Positions 38,342 to 49,209 of a stretch of DNA of 64,000 nt are shown here, piece after piece. Within the stretch, counting starts at the first letter, position 1. Each line of letters starts with the position of its first letter. The notes beneath the pieces were generated by a model. That model saw only the letters and a program-made list of their open reading frames with translations. It ran no database searches and had not been told where the DNA came from. This DNA is from Eledone cirrhosa (Eukaryota), in the NCBI GenBank assembly GCA_964016885.1, contig OZ024749.1, positions 1,116,001 to 1,180,000 on the forward strand, written 5' to 3'. A program made the translations under genes and the position numbers.

Positions 38342-38690
38342 GTGCATGGGTGTGTGTGTTGTGTATGTGTGCATGTGTGCATGTGTGCGTGTGTGCGTGT
38401 GTGTGTGCGCGCATTTTAAAAGAGCTGAGAGGGGAGAGGAGAGAAGGAAAAATAGAGAAAAGGGCAAGAGAAGAGAAAAGGAGAGGAGAGAGACAAAAGA
38501 AAAGATAGTGAGAGAGGAGAAAGAGAAAGAGGAGAGAGAGAGAGAGAGGGAGAGAGAGGGAGAGAGAGAGGAGAGAGGAGAGAGAGGAGAGAGAGAAGGG
38601 AGAGAGAGATAAGGAGAGAGAGAGATGGAGAGAGAGAAGGAGAGAGGGATAAGGAGAGAGGGATAAGGAGAGTGAGAGAGAGATGGAATG
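38342..38690. repeat. (TG)n followed by a GA-rich low-complexity tract
   Basis: Directly visible. Confidence 0.9.
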
Positions 38691-38896
38691 CTATATGTAT
38701 TGATATGTGAAAACAAACTCCAGCTGTTAAGATGAAAAAAAAGGGAGGTAAGAATTGTCAGTAAAATTGTTAAGTATTTCAACAAGCAGTAGGTCAATAT
38801 GTTACAAATGTGAATGTAATTAGTCTTCATTCAGACAAAGATACAAGGAATAGAAGCTTCTATTTAAACAGCTAACTTCATTTGTGTGTGTGTGTG

Positions 38897-39077
38897 TAGT
38901 GAAATTCCGTTATAACGAAATTCACGGGGGGGGGGGGGGTAAAAAAATTGTTGCAATGAAGAATTCTTTATAACGAGACCGACCTAACACATCAAGTGTG
39001 TGGCCAGTGATTGAAAGAAATTTTGATATATTGAAAGATTTGTTGTAATGGTATTCATTACAATGGAATTTTACCTG
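38897..39077. mobile_element. Tigger/pogo-like MITE
   Basis: Imperfect TIRs tagtgaaattccgttataacgaa and ttcattacaatggaattttacctg|ta. Confidence 0.6.
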
Positions 39078-39314
39078 TATGTATATATGTTCTTTAATAG
39101 TTTCAGGCTGTGGCCTAGCTGGAGTTCCATTTTGAAGGAATTCACTCATATCAACCCCAGTCCTTTGTTATTATTTTTCAAGTTTGGTATTTATTTTATT
39201 GTTTTCTTTTTGTTAAATTAAGAAGACCTAAACACAGACCCCCATACACATTAATATATCAGCATATTCTTCAGGTTTTTCATTATTCAAAAAAGTCATG
39301 GGCATTAGAAATAT

Positions 39315-39498
39315 AATTGTTTCTACGTTTGGCACAAGGCCAGCAATTACCCAGAGCATTACTGGTACTTTATTTTATCGACCCCGTAAGGATGAAAGGC
39401 AAAGTTAACCTCGGCAGGATTTGAACTTAGAATGGCAAGGGCCGTAACTATACGCCAAAGCATAGTGTCTGACCCTCTACTGATACTGCCAATCCACC
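39315..39498 (-). mobile_element. SINE family A with probable 10-bp TSD ttagaaatat
   Basis: Full-length copy; ttagaaatat at 39305-39314 and 39502-39511. Confidence 0.9.
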
Positions 39499-40217
39499 CT
39501 TTTAGAAATATCTTGCTAATAAAGTTTAAGATATAGGCTATTCAGTTAAATAAGCAGTGCCATTTGTTTATGTCCCATGTAAAGAGCAGTATTTATAATA
39601 CTTATATTCAGTGAGTTTGATATAAGTATTTATAATACTTATTCTCAGTGAGTTAGACATAATTGCTGGTTTGTCATAGCAGAAAGGGTTAAATAGTAGA
39701 TATAGCTGGGGACATGACAATTTCACACATTTGGTGATAGATCATCTCTTTAGCTGAATAAACTTAATAGAAAAATAGTAAATAAGTAGCCAAAAGAATA
39801 TGCTGCTGTATCTGTAGCTATTGCAATAAATAAGGGACACCGCCTCTTCACACTTTTCGTGAAACGCGATCATTTGCTATGACAAACCAGCAATTATGTC
39901 TAACTCACTGAGAAATATTGAAGACTTTCACCTTATTTTATCCAACATCAGAAAGAAAACAGAGTTGCTGGGTTTCTTTTAGCAGAACACCACTTTTATT
40001 CTTAATCACCACCACCATCTTCTACATTTTTACTTATGCTTTTCCACAAACCTTTTTGAGGCAGTTTTTCTATGGTCAGATGCCCTTCTGGGAACCAGTC
40101 CATACTTTATAAGTATTTATAAATACTGCTCTTTACATGGGACATAAACAGATGGCACTGCTTATTTAACTGAATATCCTATATCTTAAACTTTATTAGC
40201 AAGATATTTCTAAAAAG
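39499..40217. repeat. Long nested inverted repeat (fold-back)
   Basis: 39499-39605 pairs with about 40109-40217 (about 105 bp, few mismatches). 39643-39681 pairs perfectly with 39875-39913. Confidence 0.9.
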
Positions 40218-40360
40218 TACAAAACAGCTCCGATACTACAACAAGCTATCTGTCCACTAATAAAGATACTATGCACTTTTCAGTTAACAAACCTGCATAG
40301 GAGGTAAATTGATAGGAGGTAAATTGATATGAAGATGCATGCAGATAAACATACACACAT

Positions 40361-40607
40361 AGAGAAGAATAAGCCACTATACTTAGCTTTGGCTGACCTA
40401 GAGAAGACCTTTGATAGGGTACCCCGATCTGTCATCTGGTGGTCCCTAAGGAAACTAGGTGTTGAGGAATGGCTTGTGAAGACAGTGCAAACTTTGTACA
40501 GAGGTGCTGTCAGTAAAGTGAGAGTAGGAATGGAGTTTAGTGAGGAATTCCAGATACAAGTAGGAGTACATCAAGGTTCGGTCCTCAGCCTGCTCTTGTT
40601 CATTATA
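40361..40607 (+). mobile_element. RTE family 1 RT fragment
   Basis: KNKPLYLALADLEKTFDRVPRSVIWWSLRKLGV...GVHQGSVLSLLLFII, colinear with 63130-63372. Confidence 0.9.
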
Positions 40608-40797
40608 TGGCAAACAGGGTCGGTGCTGGAATATCCCCGTTTCACTCCATTTTTTATTGAGATAGGCTCCGACATTAACCCAAGCCTTCATGTCGTCGTG
40701 GAAAGACCTAACTAAAGCAAAGAACTTATCAGGGCAACCAAGTTTCTGGAGAACCTTCCATAATGCATCTCTGTTAACAGTATCGAAAGCTTTGATA
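40604..40797 (-). mobile_element. BovB-like RTE (family 3) RT fragment, inverted
   Basis: Minus-strand translation IKAFDTVNRDALWKVLQKLGCPDKFFALVRSFHDDMKAWV...NGVKRG..PAPTLFAI, with a frameshift or deletion. Confidence 0.85.
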
Positions 40798-41478
40798 AGC
40801 TATGATAAGAGGCGTGCTCTGTCACGCTACTTGACGGCAAAACCACAGGAGAGGAATACGTTGCATGAGGAACTCAAGGATGTAAAATCACGTGTTAGGC
40901 GGAGTCTTTCTCAGATGAAGGATCAGTGGTGGAGTGAGAAGGCTGATGAGATACAAACTGCGTCAGATTCCAATAACACAAAACTGTTGTACAGTCTCTT
41001 GCGTGAAGTTTATGGACCGTCTTCTTCTCTGGTGACATCGCTTCGCAGCAAGGATGGCAAAGAACTTCTTCGTGACTCACAAGAAATTCTACGAAGGTGA
41101 AATTCTCACAAGAAATTCTACTTTGATGATCTTTTGAATCAGCCGTCTGTCGTCAGTGAAGATTTCCTCAATCTCATTCCAGAAAGTCCTGTGAAAGTAG
41201 CTCTCGCAGAACCTCCGACGCTTGTGGAGGTTGCAGTGGCTATCTCGAAGCTGAACAGTGGAAGGTCTCCAGGTATGGATGGCATACATGTTGAGCTCCA
41301 ACAATATGGTGGTGAGAGACTCCTGCAACATCTTCACTCTTTGTTTGGCAGGATATGGGCTGATGAATCCGTACCTGAGGACTGGAGAGATGCAGTAATG
41401 GTGGTCTTGTACAAGGGAAAGGGTAACAGGAATGATTGTGGGAACTACAGAGCTATATCATTGCTTTCTGTCGTAGGG
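40798..41478 (+). mobile_element. BovB-like RTE (family 3) linker and RT N-terminal fragment
   Basis: WWSEKADEIQTASDSNNTKLLYSLLREVYGP...PPTLVEVAVAISKLNSGRSPGMDGIHVE...VPEDWRDAVMVVLYKGKGNRNDCGNYRAISLLSVVG. Confidence 0.9.
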
Positions 41479-41595
41479 ATGCCCTAAAGACAGACACTGG
41501 TCTGTTGGAGACGCAGGACATGGCAGCAATAATGAGGGACAGAGACTGCTGGAGAGAACTCGTCCATGGATCTTGGGAATTTTACCCGCCCTAGA
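41478..41595 (+). mobile_element. RTE family 2, extreme 3' end followed by (TA)n
   Basis: Reverse complement of 9099-9215. Confidence 0.88.
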
Positions 41596-42794
41596 TATAT
41601 ATATATATATACATGTATATATGTGTATATGTATATATATATATATGTATATATATATATGTGTATGTATGTGTATATATATGTGTATATATATATATAG
41701 ATGTATGTATATGTGTGTGTGCGTGTGTGTGTGTGCTTTAGCGCCTGTATGAAAAGCATTGCTATTAGTTCTCTCTCATTGTAGTCCTTATAATTATGTG
41801 TATGTTTATGTGTATGTATATGTGTGTGTGTATATGTATGTATATGTGTGTATATATATATATGTGTGTGTGTGTATGTGTAGGTGTCTTGTTTGTGTAA
41901 AGCTTCAATTATGAGAAAATTAAGTCTGCTTACTGGTGTACTTAATAATAGCCTTACAAGTTGAAGTATTTTATTATTTATTATTATTGATGACAAATAT
42001 TACTGACTTTTCCTTCTAAATCCAGCAAAGATTGCTAGCTAAACCAACATGACTTACACACACACTCTCTCCGTGAATTACCATAATTGCTATTGTCAGA
42101 AAAACATTTCAATTCACATGTAAACTAACAATACCTTTATTTTGGTTGTCCACCTGTATTTTTCAATCAATTGTATATCAAAACATATTTTCACATTTGT
42201 TACAATATTTATAAATAAAAAAAAAAAAAAACATTGCTCAGTATTTTCAAATAATTTGGAGGGATTTTCTCATTATTAAGCAGGTGAAGACGACTCCCTT
42301 GACTTGCAAGCAGGGAATAACAGGTGTAAAGTGATGAAAACAATGATGTGTCTGGAACATAACTCAACAAAAAGTTCCTGCATAAAATTAAGATGGATGA
42401 TATAAACACTTTAAAAGAAAAGTGTTGTATTGTTAAACCCAAAGCAGTTATATGTGGTTTGGTATATATTAGAGTGGCACCAATTAAATGGTAGATAATT
42501 GGTATTGGCAATTATACAGATTAATTGGTCATTATTGTTTTGGAGCAAAAAAACCATTGGATTCGTATAGAAATCCATAAAACCAATTAAGCCCACCAGT
42601 GTAATATAACATTGATACTTGAACATGCTGATCTACACAACTGGATGCCATGGGAGCATAACTCAATGTAGTTTAAAGCATGTCGAAGTTGAAAAGAGAC
42701 CCTTCTACCCACATGAAAGGACATGTTTAATCAATCTCTTGAAAAAGGGATAAATTTTAAAATTATTAAAATTCTGAATTACTGGACACATTTT

Positions 42795-42980
42795 ATTGGC
42801 AAAATCAACTGGTAGGAAATCTAGAGAAACACCCTGGGCAACATGATTGGATAACATCCATGAGCTCAACTGGTACTGCCTGGGGATTCAGTCAGATCAA
42901 TTGGAGATCGTTGCTTCTGATAGGACATGCTGGAAGGTGTCTCTGAGGACTGCCCTCACAACCCTTCCAGGAATAAATTG
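42795..42980 (+). mobile_element. Old RTE 3' end, Expander/Rex3-like (family 4)
   Basis: Translates AKSTGRKSRETPWAT*LDNIHELNWYCLGIQSDQLEIVASDRTCWKVSL-LPSQP, resembling the RTRWRDYI..LAW.RLGI....L..VA..R..W..LL..LPPRP terminus. Confidence 0.6.
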
Positions 42981-43109
42981 ACAAAAAAGAAGATACAGAT
43001 TCTCATTCCATATTTATTTAAAGATGTTCAAAAAATGTCCATTATTAACAATTCCCGTTATCCTAAACAAAAAACATTTCTTCTTCTTCACCCCCCCCCC
43101 CCCTCTGAG

Positions 43110-43345
43110 AGAGAGTCACGGAGGTAGAGTCCTAAAACACTCCTTCCAGCAGGCCTTGACAGAAGCAACAATCTCCACCCGATCCAGCTGGATCCCCAAG
43201 CAAAACCAGCCAAGCTCAACGATGTTATCCAACCATTTTGCTCGTGGTCTAACCCTGGATCTCCTGTGATTTGGTTTTGCTCATAAAACCTGTCCAGTAA
43301 TTCTTTCCTTAGACATTCTAGCCACATATTTCTTGCAGGCTTGTA
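43110..43345 (-). mobile_element. Old RTE 3' end, family 4, facing the previous copy tail to tail
   Basis: Inverted homologue of 42795-42980. Confidence 0.6.
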
Positions 43346-43513
43346 TGTTACATCCTTTGGTAAAATCTGCCATATTTCATCATCATCATCTTTTAAATAG
43401 TAGCTCCATAATTGTGATAAATTATCAAATATTATATTATTTACAATTAATTATAATACATATTTTTACATCACAATACATACATACACACACACATTCT
43501 ATTTCTTCTTTAA

Positions 43514-43702
43514 CCCTTTAGAATTTACATTACTCTATATTTACTATTATATTTTATCTCACATAATATTGAATCTGAGATTTTGGTGTTATTTATTTTG
43601 AGAACCATACCTTAACATCAGTATGAGTAGCTGGTTACAACCAGTTTGAACAGAAAGGTGAAAGAATTCTGACTGGATACGGCCAGTTTAAATGCTAAAG
43701 GG
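43514..43702. mobile_element. piggyBac-type MITE
   Basis: TTAA|CCCTTTAGAATTTA ... TAAATGCTAAAGGG|TTAA. Confidence 0.88.
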
Positions 43703-43714
43703 TTAATTTCTCAT

Positions 43715-43757
43715 TCTATTTTCTGATGAAGGACTAGTGTCCGAAATGTTAAGACTC
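43715..43757 (+). ncRNA. Degenerate minimal type I hammerhead ribozyme motif (Penelope-like element remnant)
   Basis: CTGATGA-A-GGAC-tagt-GTCC-GAAA-TGTTA at 43723-43751. Stem II is intact; stems I and III are degraded. Confidence 0.55.
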
Positions 43758-44582
43758 TTTTTCCTACTATATCAAGCATAAAACTAATAATATATTTCTT
43801 CATTGTACTGTGTTGTTTGCTTTGTTATTTCTGTTTGCCTTTTGCATATAAGGAGTACGGAGTGAGTGGGAAACAGAGTGAAAAAGAAGATCCTTTTCTC
43901 TCTTCCAAAATATTTTCTCTTTCTTGCCCACACCTGATTGGTTAGTATTGTCTATTTTCTAACAGCTTTGGTTTCGTCAGTGAAACCAAGACAAAATCAT
44001 CAAATTGTTTACTGCTTAATTAAGAGTCAAATAAACTGTTGTTGTTGTCCTTGAACAAAACAATACACACCATGTACAAAAGAATCAATATACTGACCCC
44101 CACCACTACCCCCACACCACCACCGACCACTGCTGCTGCTAGCTGTAGTAGTTTCAAACTAATTTTCTCTTTAGAAACTCACCTTTTTAAACATCTTTTA
44201 AATGATATTATATTAATGGAAACCTGACAAACAAGTCTTTAGTCGAAATTAGTGAAATATTGAAGAGAAACAGAGAAAACACACACACCCTCATTACTAT
44301 ATATCTTACGTTAGCTAACACATGATATAACAAAAACAAAATCAATAAATAGCAGTCAATTTACAAATAATAATAATGGTTTCTAATTTAGACAAAAGCC
44401 CAAGCAATCTGGGGTATCACATTGATCCCAGTACATGACTGGTACTTTGGATTATCAACTCCTGGAAGGACGAAAGGCAAAGCTCATGTCATTTTGTCAG
44501 AATCTTTAACAATAACAACAACCGTTGCTAATTTTGCCTAAAAATTCAGATCATACTATAGTTTGTGTGTATCTGGTGTAAA

Positions 44583-45659
44583 ATAGATACCCCTGCATGT
44601 TGTAAAAGGTCTATCTAGTGTACAATAGATATACTGTACCCCTGTATGTTGTAAAAGGTCTATCTACAATAGATATACTGTACCCCTGCATGTTGTAAAA
44701 GGTCTATCTAGTGTACAATAGATATACTGTACCCCTGAATGTTATAAAAGGTCTATCTAGTGTACAATAGATATACTGTACCCCTGTATGTTGTAAAAGG
44801 TCTATCTAGTGTACAATAGATATACTGTACCCCTGTATGTTGTAAAAGGTCTGTCTACAATAGATATACTGTACCCCTGAATGTTGTAAAAGGTCTATCT
44901 AGTGTACAATAGATATACTGTACCCCTGTATGTTGTAAAAGGTCTATCTACAATAGATATACTGTACCCCTGAATGTTGTAAAAGGTCTATCTAGTGTAC
45001 AATAGATATACTGTACCCCTGTATGTTGTAAAAGGTCTATCTACAATAGATATACTGTACCCCTGTATGTTGTAAAAGGTCTATCTACAATAGATATACT
45101 GTACCCCTGTATGTTGTAAAAGGTCTATCTAGTGTACAATAGATATACTGTACCCCTGAATGTTGTAAAAGGTCTATCTAGTGTACAATAGATATACTGT
45201 ACCCCTGAATGTTGTAAAAGGTCTATCTAGTGTACAATAGATATACTGTACCCCTGAATGTTGTAAAAGGTCTATCTAGTGTACAATAGATATACTGTAC
45301 CCCTGTATGTTGTAAAAGGTCTATCTAGTGTACAATAGATATACTGTACCCCTGTATGTTATAACAGGTCTATCTAGTGTACAATAGATATACTGTACCC
45401 CTGTATGTTGTAAAAGGTCTATCTAGTGTACAATAGATATACTGTACCCCTGTATGTTATAAAAGGTCTATCTAGTGTACAATAGATATACTGTACCCCT
45501 GTATGTTGTAAAAGGTCTATCTACAATAGATATACTGTACCCCTGTATGTTGTAAAAGGTCTATCTAGTGTACAATAGATATACTGTACCCCTGTATGTT
45601 ATAAAAGGTCTATCTAGTGTACAATAGATATACTGTACTCCTGTATGTTGTAAAAGGTG
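44583..45659. repeat. 49/44-bp minisatellite (tagatatactgtacccctgtatgttgtaaaaggtctatct[agtgt]acaa), about 22 copies
   Basis: Directly visible, with two interspersed length variants. Confidence 0.97.
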
Positions 45660-46852
45660 ATTAAAAAATATAACACTAGGAAAGGAGTCTGGCTGTAAAA
45701 CATTTCCTCAGAAAGGACTCCATGATCAATATGAGGTCTGCCATTGGACCTACAAGGATAATGATAAAAACAATTACAGCTCACACTTATGTAAGTTAAG
45801 CTGGCCTTCTACAAGATTACATCCCCCGGGAGGTTTCTCAGGAGTTTTAATGACTAGAATTTGTTTTTCTATATGCTGACGAGTATGTGTATATGTGCAT
45901 TCATGTGTGTATATGTGCATGGATGTGTGTATGTGTATATGTGCATGTGTGTGTGCATGCATGTGTGTATGTATATATATGTGCATGCATGTGTGTATGT
46001 GCATGTGTATATGTGCATGTGTGTGTGCATATGCATACAGTTATATGTATGAGTATATAAATGTAAACATGCAAACACACACACAAAAATACATTCACAC
46101 AAATACATCTGATTTCTTACATCAGACATAAAGAGAGGAGTAGTATGAGGTAGTCAAACTACTCCTCATTCTTCACATGTGACAGAATTGCAGAAATTTA
46201 TATATAGATGTCTTGGCAATGTAGTTTTGTGCAGTTCAAGATGTTAAAAGTTAACATCTAATGAATTACTAAAAAGAATATCTAAAAACAAATTTGTTAA
46301 TTCAAATATTTGTAATATCTTCACTCGTAGAGACACCAGCCAAAATTTGATATTAGAGTATAAAAACTTCAATTGTTTTAATTTGATGTAATCGTAAAGC
46401 TGTTTTGTACTTTTTAAAATTGTCTTGCTAATGTGGTTACATGCAGTACAGGACATTATGAGTTAAATGTTAAAAATATAAAAACAAAACATCTCAAAAT
46501 AGATTTCAAAAGCAAACTAAAGCCAAAACAACTCTAATGTGTCACCTAAATTAAGGAGAACTAAATATAAACTGGGAGATTTCTTTTAACATTTTATTTA
46601 CTGTTGCAGTAATTAATCTAAAACAACAGAAACTCCCACAACAACAATAAAGAGAGCAACTTCATAAGAAACTGAGTCAAAAATAACTGTTGTTGTTGAC
46701 GTTGTATAGTAGTCAACTCAATTCCAACTTAATTGATATGGTTAAATGATGGTTTAAAATGTCGCAGTTTCTAGAAACTACCATTGTAATAACATTGGTC
46801 AGCTTTCTTTACACCATTCCTCACTTACTAGTCATATTTAGTTGTTCACACA

Positions 46853-47065
46853 CATCATCATCATCATTTTACGTCCACTTTTCCTTGCTTGCATGGGTGG
46901 GATGGATCTTATTAAGCATGGCATCTCTCCATTCGTCACGGTTCTTCGTCATCTCCTCCGTGAGCTTCAGCGATTTGAGGTCTGCTCTCACCACCTCCAC
47001 CTATGTTTTTCATGGTCTTCCTCGACTGCGTCTTTCTTCTACTGGGATTTCTTGGCACTTCTTTA
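46853..47065 (-). mobile_element. Short 5'-truncated RTE family 1, 3' end
   Basis: Homologous to 10922-11125, with a (GAT)n tail. Confidence 0.88.
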
Positions 47066-47277
47066 TGCTTGTGTGATTACAGAAGTTACTTCACAACTAT
47101 GGGGCTTTTGGTTCAATCTCACAGCATGTCTCCTTGACAAAGGGTCTTTTGATTCAATCCCACAGCATGTCACCTTGAGAAAGGGTCTTTTACTTCAAGC
47201 TGATTAATGCCTTTTAAGTGAAATTTGGTAGGTAGAAACTGTGGAAGCCCACCATGTCTGTGTGTACACACATATAT

Positions 47278-47680
47278 ATCATCACCATTTAACGTCCATT
47301 TTCCCAAACTAGCATGGTTTAGACAAGTTGTCCTGCTCATACAGAACTGCTTTTGGCTAGGTCTCTACAGCTGGATGCCCTTCCTAATGCCAACCACGTT
47401 TACAGTGTGTGCTGGGTGCTTTTTGTTGCGATACCTACACAACTGCATTTACAGTGTGGGCTGTATGCTGTTTGTCGTGACGCCTACACGACCACTTTAC
47501 AGTGTGGGCTGGGGACTTTGGTGGGAAGTGTGAGAGGATTGGGAAGATGGGAGGGGTGGGGTATTGGGATGTGGGAGGTAAATGGATGGGGTGGAGGTGA
47601 GGGTGGTGTACACTAGATGTAAGTTTCAGCCTGTACTCATGAGGAGGCTAGCTTGTCACTTTGAAAAGCGCACCTGGTAT
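47278..47680 (-). mobile_element. Non-autonomous RTE-tailed element related to 8175-8561
   Basis: Tail tttaacgtccattttcccaaactagcatgg and body ctacagctggatgcccttcctaatgccaaccac. Confidence 0.65.
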
Positions 47681-47698
47681 ATATATATATCTATCTAT

Positions 47699-47919
47699 CT
47701 AAGGCGGGTAAAATTCCCGAGATCCATGGACGAGTTCTCTCCAGTGGTCTCTGTCCCTCATTATCGCTGCCATGCCTGCGTCTCCAACAGAGGAGACTGA
47801 GGTTGGCTGGACATGCTCACCGACATCCAGAGTTGACATTGCATTCAGAACTCCTTTGGGAGCCCCTACATGGACACACTAGAAGAGGAAGACCAAGGTT
47901 AACGTATGTTGATGCCCTA

Positions 47920-47925
<6 letters not shown>
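47699..47925 (-). mobile_element. RTE family 2 copy with a 5' inversion
   Basis: 47699-47791 matches 9099-9192 in the same orientation; 47787-47925 is the adjacent upstream part in the opposite orientation. Confidence 0.88.
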
Positions 47926-47957
<32 letters not shown>

Positions 47958-47978
47958 GGGTCTTTATAACATTTATTT

Positions 47979-48017
<39 letters not shown>

Positions 48018-48541
48018 GATGTTAAAGCCTGCTTTCTCTGTTTGGGATTTTCAAAACATTTGTTATTAGGTTAAATTGCTTTTTTGATAAAACTCCTGTA
48101 TGCTGATTCTTGACCACATTGGTTTTGCTGCTTCTATCCTTGCTAAAGTAAAGGATACAAGTGATTTTCGTTGTCACTTGTGTGTAAAAAAAGGGGTGTA
48201 ACTCTACCTTACTTTAGTGTTGAAAAAAAATTATGTTGCATCTGAGTTCACTTCTGTATATAGTTCAGTGTTGCTAAGGTGCTCATATGCCAAGCAGTTG
48301 TATGTGTCCCTAGAGATGATGCAGAATTGTTTCCTTTTATCGGAAGGGAGTTACATGAGGTTCTACTCTCGCATATTGTTTAGAATGAGGTGTATGCAAA
48401 TGTAAGGAGTTCTACATTGGTAGCATGACTTGAGCACTTCACACTCACATTAAAGAACACTTCAATACACACGCATCGTCATTCAAAAAACATATTGACA
48501 AATGCAGACACACCAACAAAAATATAACTGTCAATAGTAAA

Positions 48542-49205
48542 GCCAGATGAAAAGAAATCTGTGACAGACAAAGTTGTAAACTGTCAAAACTCATGAGTGA
48601 TAGTGTACGACCCTTCAGCTATACATTGCAAGAACCCAGCTTCCATTATGGTCTTTCGAGCTGTTACAAGTGATGGGAAATTGATGCCTCCTCATTTTAT
48701 TGAAGCGGGTCTTAAAATCAACACAACAGGATATCTCATAATGCTTAGAAGTTTTGTTACCTTGTATTAGGAAGCATTAAGATACAAGTCAAGTCATGTT
48801 TATTAAAGATTCCACACCCGCCAATTCTTCAAAAAGAGTGCAACAATTTTTTCAGAAGGAATTGCCTGCCATATTTGAATCGGTGTGATTTTTGGCTAAG
48901 GGGTGCAGTTGAAGCAATATCCAATGCAACTTCCCACAACTGTGTATGTCTTCACTGAAGGCTTTGATCAAGAGAGTATTCAGTAAAATGAAAAAGGAAG
49001 AAATAGTTAAAGCATGCTCATCATTTTGTAAACAGATTGAACTGGTAAAGAAAGCAAATGGCGGTCACGTTGAACTGAAATAAGTGCTAAACACTCCACA
49101 ATAAATTGGCAGAAACATAAAATTTGCAGTGTTTAATTTTTCCGAGTTATATCAATTATAATAAAGATATTTAAATGATTCTAATTTACTTGTGATACCC
49201 AGTGT
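48542..49205 (+). pseudogene. Decayed Tc1/mariner transposase (DD37D/maT-like) with a probable 3' TIR
   Basis: Frameshifted translation DEKK..DKVVNCQN...KNPASIMVFRAVTSDGKLMPPHFIEAGLKINTTGY...VMFIKDSTPANSSKRVQQFF...PYLNRCDFW.RGAVE...KACSSF..IELVKKANGGHVELK* (stop at 49081-49083). The end aatttacttgtgatacccagtg resembles a TIR. Confidence 0.8.
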
Positions 49206-49209
49206 CAGA

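Noticed and set aside
1-45659. Regular 30-55 bp repeats as CRISPR arrays
   Set aside because: Units are contiguous with no unique spacers, there are no cas genes, and the context is eukaryotic.
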